A DNA stretch of 64,000 nucleotides from a virus (IMGVR_UViG_3300026549_000054:40767-104766), one strand, 5' to 3'; shown: positions 29,887 through 39,398, counted from the stretch's first letter. Translations and numbers: made by a program. Notes: generated by a model from the letters alone, not told the origin.

Positions 29887-29964
29887 TGGAGCGGGTGACG
29901 GGAATCGGACCCACACCATCTGACACCGGATATGCCAGTACTCTACCAATTAAGCTACACCCGC
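29887..29964 (-). tRNA. tRNA-Gly(TCC)-like with expanded anticodon arm
   Basis: GCGGGTG acceptor, U73, encoded CCA; CTGGC-ATATCCGGT-GTCAG. Confidence 0.65.
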
Positions 29965-30071
29965 CCAAATAGAGGACTATTCCGTCTCAACATTTAGTAA
30001 TATAGTAAAATCTATTCTCATTGTCAATAGTGTTTGTATTTTCTTTGTTTCAAGTTAAACTTCTGTTTTCG

Positions 30072-30155
30072 TGGGTCCGGAGAGATTTGAACTCTCAATC
30101 CTTTGCAGGCTTTCGGGTTTAAGCCGAAATTGTATACCAGTTCCAACACGAACCC
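30072..30155 (-). tRNA. tRNA-Leu(TAA)
   Basis: TTCGG-CTTAAAC-CCGAA; class II. Confidence 0.9.
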
Positions 30156-30162
30156 AGTTTAG

Positions 30163-30236
30163 TCCACACTCAGGGACTTGAACCCCGGACCCGTGCCTTA
30201 TAAGAGCGCTGCTCTCACCAACTGAGCTAAGTGTGG
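30163..30236 (-). tRNA. tRNA-Ile(TAT)
   Basis: CT-TAT-AA loop; CCACACT/AGTGTGG acceptor. Confidence 0.85.
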
Positions 30237-30303
30237 ATTTAGTTTGTCTTAATATCGCAGTTACTCTCTGCTTGGGGGATTCGCACCCGCCGTTACATTT
30301 TCG

Positions 30304-30378
30304 TTGAGGTGGCTGGATTCGGACCAGCGAATACAGGAGTCAAGGTCCTGTGCCTTAGACCAGCTTGGCGACACCTCA
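30304..30378 (-). tRNA. tRNA-Gln(TTG)
   Basis: CAGGA-CCTTGAC-TCCTG. Confidence 0.85.
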
Positions 30379-30614
30379 GAGTTTGATGAATTGGTGATTA
30401 CGGACATCCATCAGGTCCGTGGTACGAACTTTATCACCTAAGTCATGCTGTCCGATTAGAGGGTCTCGGGTAGGATTCTTTATTTCGCAATCTGTTTTTA
30501 CGGGGAGCCAGCGCCCATGCCCCAACCTGTTTTTTGCCTCTAGCGAAACGGTTGTGAACCTTGCAGCAAGATTTGACTCTCGCCACTAATCGCTTGTAAA
30601 CTAATCAGCATTAG

Positions 30615-30688
30615 TACACCCGGCAGGATTTGAACCTGCGACCCTCTGTTTAGAAGACAGATGCTCTATCCAACTGAGCTACGGGTGC
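30615..30688 (-). tRNA. tRNA-Arg(TCT)
   Basis: TCTGT-CTTCTAA-ACAGA. Confidence 0.9.
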
Positions 30689-30898
30689 ATAAGACCAGTG
30701 TTGTTGCACTTACTTCACCTGTGCGATACATCGCAGCCTTTTCAACTTTGTCTTAAAAAGCTCATTTGTGTTAGATTGGTTACTAACATCGCCCGCGGAG
30801 TGCTATCTTCTCTGCCGAGTTGTTTGCACCATACAGTTGCCGCCGGAGTACTAAGGATATGTGCTATTAACACATACTCATTTATACTAACAAATTAG

Positions 30899-30983
30899 TG
30901 CTAGCTGGTGGATTCGGACCACCGAAAGCCCAGGGGGCGGGAAATTTACAGTCTCCAGGAATTGACCACTATCCGAAACTAGC
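30899..30983 (-). tRNA. tRNA-Tyr(GTA)
   Basis: GGAGA-CTGTAAA-TTTCC; long variable arm. Confidence 0.85.
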
Positions 30984-30984
30984 A

Positions 30985-31404
30985 TATCAAAAACTTTCGT
31001 TGGTTTGCGAGAGTTCCAACTTCTCAGTGGGCTACCACCTTTGCGTTGCAGGGCTACCTGCTATTGCGTTTTAAATGCGGGCCCCATTGTCATACAAAAT
31101 AATTCGTACCAACGGGGTACTCGGTCCATGCTTCGGCTCTGTTTTATTCCTTGCATGATTCCAACATTCGTATAAAACCGGTGGAACTAGCAGAAAACTA
31201 TCCTAGGTTTCGTTTCTGTTGTTCTAGTTCCATTTGAGTTATATTGTCTTTGGGCTTCACCATTCTTCTTACTATCTTACCCAACCAAGTACCGGGAAGG
31301 TCCCCTTTAGGCAGTGTTAATGGTATCTGTGGAGGTGGTTGAATGTCCTCAATCTCCGGTGGTTACCGGTGTTTTTCCTGAAAAACTTCACAGGTGTTTA
31401 ATAG
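30985..31404 (-). ncRNA. Candidate structured ncRNA with RNase P RNA-like motifs
   Basis: Non-coding, GC-richer; GAGGACATTC, CAACAGAAACGAAACC, AAACAGAGCCG; GGAACTAG/CTAGTTCC stem. Confidence 0.35.
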
Positions 31405-32043
31405 TTAGTGTTCCAATGAACTACTCAAATTAAAGTCATAAAAATCTAAAAACAATTCAATTTTATCTTTCATCATTAGTTTGCCATCATTAGTTTTTAT
31501 TTCATTCCAAGCAATACGATAGACAAAATAACCTTGTTTTCTTAAAAATTCATCTCTTATAGTATCAGATTCTTTTCTGTCTTTATATTTGTGTTGTTTG
31601 CCATCAATTTCTAAATCTATATTTCCAATAACAAAATCTAAAAAGTATTTTCCGACTTTCTTTTCACGATTATATTTTATTTTGTTATTATTTAATACAG
31701 TTTCAAAAAATCGTTCCGCATAAGATTTTATATTTCGTGTAGTCCAACCTTTATGTGTTCCATTTTGAACTTTTTCAAGTTGGATTTTACGAAGTTTTTC
31801 TTTTTGTTTATCAGAAATTTTCTTATGTTTTCTACAACATATTTGACAGTATCCAGTACTATTTCTTCTTTCTAATTTGGTGTGACAATCTAAACAAAAT
31901 TTATCTGGCAATCGTTTTAACTGCTTTGAAATTTTCTGTTTTTGTTCTTCAGTGTGTTTTCTTTTGTTAGCACAACTTCTAGAACAAAATCGTCCAGAAC
32001 CAAATACTGAAAGCATTTCTTTTCCGCAACATTCACATTTCAT
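31405..32043 (-). CDS. Putative homing endonuclease, DUF559/Vsr-like (start at MKCECCGK)
   Basis: GRFCSRSCAN, SYAE, YFLDF..LEIDGKQH..RDEFL..GY.V.RI.W; the ORF-track extension overlaps tRNA-Pro. Confidence 0.8.
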   Translation of the reverse strand: MKCECCGKEMLSVFGSGRFCSRSCANKRKHTEEQKQKISKQLKRLPDKFCLDCHTKLERRNSTGYCQICCRKHKKISDKQKEKLRKIQLEKVQNGTHKGWTTRNIKSYAERFFETVLNNNKIKYNREKKVGKYFLDFVIGNIDLEIDGKQHKYKDRKESDTIRDEFLRKQGYFVYRIAWNEIKTNDGKLMMKDKIELFLDFYDFNLSSSLEH

Positions 32044-32048
32044 ATTCG

Positions 32049-32123
32049 TCGGGATAGCTGGATTTGAACCAGCAATCTCTCGGTCCCAAGCCGAGCGACT
32101 TAACCAGGTTAGCCTATACCCCG
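32049..32123 (-). tRNA. tRNA-Pro(TGG)
   Basis: CTCGG-CTTGGGA-CCGAG; CGGGGTA acceptor. Confidence 0.9.
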
Positions 32124-32262
32124 AGTTTCCGTGTGTCAAATCATCCTGCATTTATCGGAGCAGCGCCGGAGGCCTTCACATTCATCTTTTAGACGGGCGG
32201 GGACGAATCAACTGCTTTAGGAAGTGACAGACTAACGTCCCGCTTGATTTGATTTTTTTTCG

Positions 32263-32292
32263 TGAGGATGGCGGGGGTCGGACCCGCGACCA
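32263..32292 (-). pseudogene. tRNA 3'-half remnant
   Basis: GGTCGCGGGTCCGACCCCCGCCATCCTCA (T-arm plus acceptor strand) abutting the endonuclease stop; no 5' half seen. Confidence 0.55.
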
Positions 32293-32952
32293 TCACTCAA
32301 GTTTTTCAAAAACTAATTTCAAGTATTCAGATTTCTTTTCTTTTGACAAATGTTTAAATTCACTCCATCTCACTCTTTCTATACAAGTCCATCCATTTTC
32401 TAAAAGTTTTTGGGTTCTAACTTTATCGTGTTCAACTATTCGTTTATCCAAATAATGTTGTTCACCATCAACTTCTAAATAGATTTTCTTTTCAGGCCAA
32501 GCAAAATCAAGGAAATAACCACACTGATAATAATTTTGTTTATATTCAATATGTTCATTATCAAAAACTTCTTTGAAGTATTTCTCTGGGTAACTATCAC
32601 CTTTTGAATGGTGGTTAATCAAATATGGAACTTTATCAGGATGTTCAATCAAATACTGTTTTCGTCCTTCCGAAATTTTCTTTTTATGTTCATCACTATG
32701 ATGTGTTCCAGTATTAGGATTCACTAATCGTCCAGATTTATAACCTTCGCTTAAAGTTTCACCTCTCTGTTTTACTCTCTTATCAGTTTCTTTTGTTAAA
32801 CCCTTATTCCAAGCATCGTGAGTTGCGTTCCATTTTACAAATGGTGAAATTTTCCTGTTAGGATTTTTCTTACACAACCTTTCGTGATTTCTTAATGAAT
32901 TTGGGTTTAAGCACGGTTTTCCACAAAATTTACAAATACAATCATTTTCCAT
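32293..32952 (-). CDS. Putative homing endonuclease, DUF559/Vsr-like
   Basis: CKFCGKPC..HERLC, AWNKGLTKETD, SYPE, LDFAWPEKKIYLEVDGEQH. Confidence 0.8.
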   Translation of the reverse strand: MENDCICKFCGKPCLNPNSLRNHERLCKKNPNRKISPFVKWNATHDAWNKGLTKETDKRVKQRGETLSEGYKSGRLVNPNTGTHHSDEHKKKISEGRKQYLIEHPDKVPYLINHHSKGDSYPEKYFKEVFDNEHIEYKQNYYQCGYFLDFAWPEKKIYLEVDGEQHYLDKRIVEHDKVRTQKLLENGWTCIERVRWSEFKHLSKEKKSEYLKLVFEKLE

Positions 32953-32995
32953 ATTGTATTTATAATTCGGTAGAGTATCGTACTTGTATCTCTTA

Positions 32996-33067
32996 TGCGG
33001 CCAACGGGACTCGAACCCGTGTCCCTAGATTAAAAGTCTAGTGCTTCACCATCAAAGCTTTAGCCAC
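32996..33067 (-). tRNA. tRNA-Lys(TTT)
   Basis: CTAGA-CTTTTAA-TCTAG. Confidence 0.9.
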
Positions 33068-33641
33068 ATAACGAGAGTTTTAACGAGTTTTCTTTCTCAA
33101 CCCTATTTTCACGTCTCCAAAACATATATTTGGATTTAAGCAGCCGTTAGGCATACATTATCGTCGGGTTATCTGGTTCCAAATTTTCAATCTTCTCATT
33201 GGTTTCACGAACCAATCTCATTGTATTCACTAATATAGAAAAATCTATTTGGTTTGTCAACCGTTTTTAGTGATTTTTTTGTAAATTGTAATTTACATTG
33301 GGTTTATTGTTTCTGGTCAATAACTCATCGCCACTTCAGCAAACATAAACCACAACGCAAATCTTTCAATCTACTAATCAAGCTCTCGGCTCAATTCATT
33401 CTCAATTACAGGTTAAAATATAGTAACTAACTACATCCTTGTCAATCCCATTTTGTTAATTTTATTGTAAATTTTTCTAAACAAAAAACCGCAACATTTT
33501 TTATGTCGCGGTATCCTGTTCTCCTTCTAGAAAGAAATAATTAACTTACACAACAGAAATACCGCTATCCTCCAAATAGTGTTTAGGCAATCTAACTTGT
33601 GTATTAATTATTAAATTCATATTGTATATATAATAAATTTT

Positions 33642-34157
33642 TTAGAAATCTTGACCCATTCGTACTTTTCTGTATAATTCTTTACTTAGCTTTTCCCATT
33701 TGTACATAAAGGCATCAATCTTGTCCTTATGAGTATGAGTATCTGCTTTACTCTTAATTGGCAGTTTACGATAATCGTCAATGAGTTCCTTGGCGGCTTT
33801 TAGATTTTCTACATTATATGTTTCAAAACGAATACTGCCACCTAATGCTGGAACCCAATGTCCGAAATTTACCACATAATTAGGTTTATTATCGTGTACT
33901 TTACCAGGTCCCCAAAACGCAAATTCTCTATAAGAAGATGAAGGTTCTTGTTGTATCATACATATAGGTATCAGACGAGCCACTTTAACTTCCAGTGAAA
34001 TCGGGAGTGTATGATTTATAAGGTTGTTATGAACTACTTCATCTCCCCACAAGAAATTACTTTCCCAACCTTTCAAGATGAAAATGTCGGAGTCATTAAC
34101 TGTATACTGTGTAAGAATGTTAATTACATCTTTACAAGCAGATAATGCAGGTTTCAT
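33642..34157 (-). CDS. DF-tail family protein
   Basis: Ends RKVRMGQDF. Confidence 0.65.
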   Translation of the reverse strand: MKPALSACKDVINILTQYTVNDSDIFILKGWESNFLWGDEVVHNNLINHTLPISLEVKVARLIPICMIQQEPSSSYREFAFWGPGKVHDNKPNYVVNFGHWVPALGGSIRFETYNVENLKAAKELIDDYRKLPIKSKADTHTHKDKIDAFMYKWEKLSKELYRKVRMGQDF

Positions 34158-34756
34158 TACTTCTTCTCCGGGATTGGTTCACGTTCAATTTGAGCAATTT
34201 CTGTGTAAACCTTTTCCTTGAAAATCATTTCATCCACGAAGTGCTCATACATCATTAACTGCGAACAGAAAGCCATAAATGCGAGTTCACCGCACTTACC
34301 GAAATGACGCTTAATCTTCGGGAACTTGTCAATCAAATAGCGCTGGAGTTCCGGGTCCTTACATTTGCCCTTATTAGCAACTGCGAGTGCCATTAGCAAA
34401 GCCCCATTCACACCATCGGTACACTTCAGCTGGTCATTAACAATTCGGTCAAAAAGCATTTCATTCAAGTTCATACCGAGACGAGAAGCAAGCCTCATCA
34501 TTACATCTTCTTCTGCGTCGGACTTATCATCAACAAACGCATACTTGAAATCAGTAATCATTTTGAAAATCTTTTTCGGGCCTTGTTCGTTGATAGCTTC
34601 GTTATAAAGTTTTTGAGCTTCTTTATTGCGGATCTTCTCAGGAAAATTCTTACGAACCGATTCCAGGAGTTCGTCCTGTTCGTATTCGCCCATAGGGTCC
34701 TTACTCAGATTTCGCTTGAAATCTTCAAAATCCATTTCGTCATCGTCTTTAAACAT
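34157..34756 (-). CDS. Hypothetical protein
   Basis: Translationally coupled ORF. Confidence 0.7.
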   Translation of the reverse strand: MFKDDDEMDFEDFKRNLSKDPMGEYEQDELLESVRKNFPEKIRNKEAQKLYNEAINEQGPKKIFKMITDFKYAFVDDKSDAEEDVMMRLASRLGMNLNEMLFDRIVNDQLKCTDGVNGALLMALAVANKGKCKDPELQRYLIDKFPKIKRHFGKCGELAFMAFCSQLMMYEHFVDEMIFKEKVYTEIAQIEREPIPEKK

Positions 34757-34935
34757 TAGCCTCTCCTTGCGTCAGTATCTACAATGTCCAAGTCATAGCT
34801 TTCTTCGCCGATGCCTGACAAACCATTCTTTGCGATGCCAGCTATAAATTCATCTACATTATCCAAGAAATTGAAGTAGTTCCCGGACTTAGTCAATGGT
34901 TCAACCCATAATTCAATTACAACCTTTTTAGCCAT
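34756..34935 (-). CDS. Small hypothetical protein (59 aa, MAKKVVIELW...)
   Basis: AAGGA RBS; stop overlaps next start. Confidence 0.6.
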   Translation of the reverse strand: MAKKVVIELWVEPLTKSGNYFNFLDNVDEFIAGIAKNGLSGIGEESYDLDIVDTDARRG

Positions 34936-34948
34936 AGTTCAATCCTTA

Positions 34949-35254
34949 TTACTTGGTGTGAATTTCAAGGTAGGTAAGCATCTGGTTAGCAGACACATAG
35001 TCAAAATGAGAAAATTTTTCTTGACCGTGGAAGTTTTCCTTGAATGTGATAGAAAACATAGCACCATTCGGTTGCTTACAAGGATACTTAGACCAAGCAG
35101 TAATTTGGACACAGGAACGAGTACCAGGCTTAGGTGCATTCTGTTCGTTGAATTTGTTGATGTATTCCCAAACCTTCATTTCTTGTTCTTTATTCATTGT
35201 TAACCTCTTTCTTTTTACATAAGTAAATATAGTTAAAACTGTGATTATTGTCAA
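34949..35254 (-). CDS. Hypothetical protein (start probably MNKEQE near 35197)
   Basis: GAGG RBS; own promoter. Confidence 0.6.
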   Translation of the reverse strand: MTIITVLTIFTYVKRKRLTMNKEQEMKVWEYINKFNEQNAPKPGTRSCVQITAWSKYPCKQPNGAMFSITFKENFHGQEKFSHFDYVSANQMLTYLEIHTK

Positions 35255-35399
35255 TAAAAATGATGTAAAATATAGTTTACATACTACTTTCGCAGTACTT
35301 GAGCGGTACGTGGCAGTTTAATCTGGTCAATTAACTATACTAAAACAACAAAACTGGCCCAGTAACGAGCCAGTCCTGCCAAACAAAACGAAGGAAAAA

Positions 35400-35669
35400 C
35401 TATTCGTAGATACCCAAATCCATACACTTATCACGGGCATTTGCCAAACCAATCAAAGCCCAGTAATAATCGTCATCATAAATCTTTTCGTAATTCGTGA
35501 TGGGATCTGAGCCACTGATGAACTGTTCGTAATATGCGACCTTGAACTTCGCAAATTCCAAACTAGCCTTGGCGGCTTCAACCTTCTTCCCGGCCTGAGT
35601 AAGGGTGTTGATTTCCTTAATCTTCTGGTCGGCAGTCTTCAAAAATTCTTCGTGATAAATTGTAACCAT
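35400..35669 (-). CDS. Hypothetical protein
   Basis: AAGGAG RBS. Confidence 0.7.
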   Translation of the reverse strand: MVTIYHEEFLKTADQKIKEINTLTQAGKKVEAAKASLEFAKFKVAYYEQFISGSDPITNYEKIYDDDYYWALIGLANARDKCMDLGIYE

Positions 35670-35743
35670 TTCTTTACTCCTTATTAGTAGTTAATCGCAA
35701 AGTCCACTCTGTTCAAGCTGGTCATTCAGGTCAATGAAGTTCT

Positions 35744-36829
35744 TCAAAATTCGGGAGAGTTTTCAAGGCCCTGACCAGCAGCCTGTGCGTTATTGATGGC
35801 CTGACCCAAATTCTTTGCGGTCTGTTGCATCTGTTGCATCAGCTGCGGGTCCACACCTGTTTGTGCCTGAGCAGTATTATTCGGGTCGGCATCCACACTG
35901 GTGCCATCGTCCTTGGTAACATTCAAACCACGTGCACGAATAAGTGCGATAGCCTTTTCCAATTCGTCATCCACAGGAGTTTCAGCAACAGGAGCAAGTT
36001 CGTAGTCCAACACACCCTTAATTTCGTGTTTCGGATCTGCCCATTCTGTGAACTTTTCAACCTTGGCAATCAAACCATCTGTAAATGCTCGGTAAGAGTC
36101 CAAATCTTCAACTTCGCCACTCTTAACTACCTTGCCCTGATTGTCAAGAATCAGATGACCTCTTTCGTCTCTGGCGTCCTTCATCCACGGTTTAATAATT
36201 TCACGATACTTATCCCACCATTCACGGGACTGATTCTGCTTATCGTAGTTCATCATATTCGTGATATTGGTTTCAAGGATAGTACGGTCACCCTCAGGAT
36301 ACAAGCGGTGAATGGCATTGTAATAAACAGAACGATAACCAGCTTCAAATTCTGCTTCGCGGCGGACCTTAGGGGAGTGAATGAGCTGTTCCATCGTGTA
36401 GGTCTTACCCTTCATAAGCGGGCTAGTAAATTCGCCCTGGTCACGGGAGAAATGGAGAAAGTGACATGCTTCGTGAACGAAAATAGCAAAAGCCTTTTCC
36501 GCAGTCATTGGTTCATAATCAGGATGTTCCTTCATAAAATCTGCCGACACAGTTTCATCCACGAACTTAATGGTCTTATTCGCAATGTCTGGTACAGCAA
36601 TTCGTGGAAGGTTGATCTGGTCCAAATTCAAAGTATTGGTGAAATAACCACCAACACCTTCTTCCATCGGCACACCAACAGAGAAAGTTGCGAACCCAGA
36701 TTCATTGTTTTCCATCGCATCCATAACAGTTGCGAAAAATTCGCGGCGACCAGGATTCGGGTCATCCAATGTCCAGTCCTGGAAATCACAAGAAATGTTA
36801 AACGGCTTTTCGTCTGATTTTACGAGCAT
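35744..36829 (-). CDS. Putative zincin metallopeptidase-domain protein
   Basis: IFVHEACHFLH with downstream EAEFEA. Confidence 0.55.
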   Translation of the reverse strand: MLVKSDEKPFNISCDFQDWTLDDPNPGRREFFATVMDAMENNESGFATFSVGVPMEEGVGGYFTNTLNLDQINLPRIAVPDIANKTIKFVDETVSADFMKEHPDYEPMTAEKAFAIFVHEACHFLHFSRDQGEFTSPLMKGKTYTMEQLIHSPKVRREAEFEAGYRSVYYNAIHRLYPEGDRTILETNITNMMNYDKQNQSREWWDKYREIIKPWMKDARDERGHLILDNQGKVVKSGEVEDLDSYRAFTDGLIAKVEKFTEWADPKHEIKGVLDYELAPVAETPVDDELEKAIALIRARGLNVTKDDGTSVDADPNNTAQAQTGVDPQLMQQMQQTAKNLGQAINNAQAAGQGLENSPEF

Positions 36830-36880
36830 TTATTTACCTCTTTTTCTAAGTTTTCTTAATTAAATATAGATTTTTAAAAT

Positions 36881-37117
36881 CTACTTGTCAATAGTTTTTT
36901 TATTTTTATTTGAAATAAATTTATCGTGAACTTTCATTGCTGAGACAAAATTATCAATCTTTTCATAAACCTTATCGTCTTCAATGTAAAACGGGTCAAT
37001 TCCATACCAACGTTCAAAATTCACAATGAACTGCCAAAATCTCCAATCAGGGAAGTTCTGCTTATGAACTTGCTTGAGGTATTCATACAACGGGTCCAAA
37101 CGATCTGCATCTCTCAT
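36881..37117 (-). CDS. Conserved small phage protein
   Basis: MRD..R.......PDWRFWQ...DPFYIED pattern. Confidence 0.7.
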   Translation of the reverse strand: MRDADRLDPLYEYLKQVHKQNFPDWRFWQFIVNFERWYGIDPFYIEDDKVYEKIDNFVSAMKVHDKFISNKNKKTIDK

Positions 37118-37182
37118 TTCTGTTTTCCTTAAAAAAGAAAGGAACAGTCCCGTTTCCGGGACCCGTTCCGTTTTAGTTTCGG

Positions 37183-37992
37183 TTAGGCGTCAATGCCAAA
37201 TTCGTCAAGATAGGTCTCAACATTGAGGTTGACGTCAAACTTATCGTTAATGCCACGGGCGAAGGCCACGGTCTTGAGCTTTTCGTAGTCCTTGTAAGAG
37301 TAGGCACAAACCACCTGACCATTCTTGGTGATGTAACGGAAGCTCTTCCAGTCGTAGTCCGGAACATTCTTTTCGGTTTCTTCAAAAATGCGAACCAACT
37401 TGCGGAAGATTTCAAGGTGCTTGCCATCCTTGGTAGCACGAAGGCGGTTGGTGACGAACGGACCGTTGTTCTTGCTATATTCGTCAAGTTCAGCAAGGAT
37501 GTTGCGGTCAGTGCAAATGTGGTTAATCTTACGGAAGTAGACGTGCTTGGAAACCTTCCACTGCATAACGATGGACTTGTTCATAAGAAGTTCTTCTTCA
37601 ACACGCACCATATTACGTTCGTATTCGTCATTCTTAATCTTCTTATCACGCTTGGTCATGACCTGTTCGGACTTCTTGACAACATCTGCGATGACCTGGT
37701 CCGGGTTGGCACGGTAGTCATCCGCCTGGATAACATACACAAAGTCCGGGGAAGTAATCATCTTGTGGTCCTTGTAGCCCTTGAAACGATAGACACGGGC
37801 ATGCTTCTTACCGCTCTTGATACAGAGGCGATGCTTCATCAGGCGTTCCTGAATGTCAGCGTGTTCGGCGTCGGTGAGGGGAGCCGGTTCGTAATGGGTC
37901 TTCTTTTCAGCGGTCTTGACAGTCTTCTTCATAGAAACCTTCTTGGTGTTGAGGGTGGAAATCTTCTTGGTGGTGGTGTTGGTCTTCTTCAT
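37183..37992 (-). CDS. Basic hypothetical early protein
   Basis: Own promoter and terminator; optimized codons. Confidence 0.7.
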   Translation of the reverse strand: MKKTNTTTKKISTLNTKKVSMKKTVKTAEKKTHYEPAPLTDAEHADIQERLMKHRLCIKSGKKHARVYRFKGYKDHKMITSPDFVYVIQADDYRANPDQVIADVVKKSEQVMTKRDKKIKNDEYERNMVRVEEELLMNKSIVMQWKVSKHVYFRKINHICTDRNILAELDEYSKNNGPFVTNRLRATKDGKHLEIFRKLVRIFEETEKNVPDYDWKSFRYITKNGQVVCAYSYKDYEKLKTVAFARGINDKFDVNLNVETYLDEFGIDA

Positions 37993-38097
37993 AATTAGTA
38001 CCTCTTGTTTTGTGGTTTTGTTTTGTTTACAGTTTAAATATAGTTATTTTAGACTGTCTTGTCAATGGATTTTGTGTATTTTTGTGTAAAAAGAAAT

Positions 38098-38607
38098 TTA
38101 CAAAGAGTCAGTTTTCTCAATCACCTCATCATAAGCGATGTTAATGAGTTTAACCATTTGTTCCCTCTCACGAAGGTAAATTTTCATAAACATAAAATAC
38201 TCCTGGAGCATGCGATAACAGAAATCTAACTGTTTCTTAAATTCGTTCAGATCTCCTTTACATTCGCCTACTGTCCAGGTGAATCTCCAATCTCGGTCAA
38301 CATCACGATAAAGGAGATTTTTGAAACCTTTACTGTCGGCCTGCTTACCATAACCAATGCAGACCAAAACATAGGTTTTATCAGTATGTTCCGGATCATT
38401 CCAATCAACACCGAAGATAGGAGCATTTTCGCTATATCCAAACTGAATCATGGCCTTCTTCCAATCTTCCGGTAAATCCTTTACATACAGAGCATTATGG
38501 TAAATGACCCACGAACCAGGAACATTAGCTTCAATTAGTTCCTCAATCTTTCCGATATTCTTAAAAATTCCCATTTTAAATTTCCTTTTTATTGCAGTTA
38601 TTAACAT
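38098..38607 (-). CDS. Hypothetical protein
   Basis: ORF in operon. Confidence 0.65.
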   Translation of the reverse strand: MLITAIKRKFKMGIFKNIGKIEELIEANVPGSWVIYHNALYVKDLPEDWKKAMIQFGYSENAPIFGVDWNDPEHTDKTYVLVCIGYGKQADSKGFKNLLYRDVDRDWRFTWTVGECKGDLNEFKKQLDFCYRMLQEYFMFMKIYLREREQMVKLINIAYDEVIEKTDSL

Positions 38608-38831
38608 ACTTCTGTTACTACTTCATATTGAATGTTCTGTTTATCAAGTTCGTCTTTTACCAACGGCAGTTCATATTCGGCAAAACAAACTCGGTCATTG
38701 AAATCATATCCCCACTTAAATTCGTAAGTGCGTTCAATAGGGCGACATCCGAGCATACCAGGTTTACCCATAGTGGCTCTTGTAATAAAGTCCACCATTA
38801 TCTTATCACCACTTACAATATGATAAACCAT
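38601..38831 (-). CDS. Hypothetical protein
   Basis: ORF in operon. Confidence 0.6.
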   Translation of the reverse strand: MVYHIVSGDKIMVDFITRATMGKPGMLGCRPIERTYEFKWGYDFNDRVCFAEYELPLVKDELDKQNIQYEVVTEVC

Positions 38832-38833
38832 TC

Positions 38834-39151
38834 TTACACCTTCTTCCAGTAAGTGATACGATACTTGGAACCTTCATACAGATATGGAACCTTACCGATA
38901 TAATCGTGTTCCGGATGCTTTTCCATAAACTTCAAACATTCTTGCTCAGATCCCACGAACTCACTAAATTCATACTTATTCGGGTCATTGGGATCCGAGA
39001 CCTGAAAGTCAACCGGACGCATACCCAAAACCTGCGGGTGTTCGTCAAGTTTCTTGTCAATCTTTGCCTGGAACTTTTTGGCAATCTTTTCGGCCTTCTC
39101 TGCGCGGGCTATTGCCATTTCTGCCTTAGTTCTACGATGACGCTTTGCCAT
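38834..39151 (-). CDS. Hypothetical protein with RRTKAEM basic N-terminus
   Basis: MAKRHRRTKAEM. Confidence 0.65.
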   Translation of the reverse strand: MAKRHRRTKAEMAIARAEKAEKIAKKFQAKIDKKLDEHPQVLGMRPVDFQVSDPNDPNKYEFSEFVGSEQECLKFMEKHPEHDYIGKVPYLYEGSKYRITYWKKV

Positions 39152-39155
39152 ATTC

Positions 39156-39398
39156 TTACCCCAACTTGTTCTGGTTCAAAAGTGTAACGAAAGTTGTATA
39201 TTCGCACTTGGCATACTTCAAATGAAGCATCCTGCCATTAACCTTCAAATCTACTCCATCGTCCTTGAATTCGCCAATTTTGCCATTATTCTTATAAATC
39301 GCAAGTCCCATAACATTCGTCTTGTCATTCTTGAAACCCTTTATTTCACAGCCCGCCACAGAAAGCAACTGCATAACGATGTTCTTATTGATATTCAT
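39156..39398 (-). CDS. Hypothetical protein
   Basis: AAGGAG RBS. Confidence 0.6.
   Translation of the reverse strand: MNINKNIVMQLLSVAGCEIKGFKNDKTNVMGLAIYKNNGKIGEFKDDGVDLKVNGRMLHLKYAKCEYTTFVTLLNQNKLG

Noticed and set aside
31405-32151. ORF-track N-terminal extension of the endonuclease, and short ORFs at 40543 and 41697
   Set aside because: They read through tRNA genes; the real start is the ATG at 32043.
32263-32292. Possible tmRNA 3' end or trans-split tRNA
   Set aside because: No G3:U70-compatible acceptor strand, and no matching 5' half found in the window; treated as a remnant.
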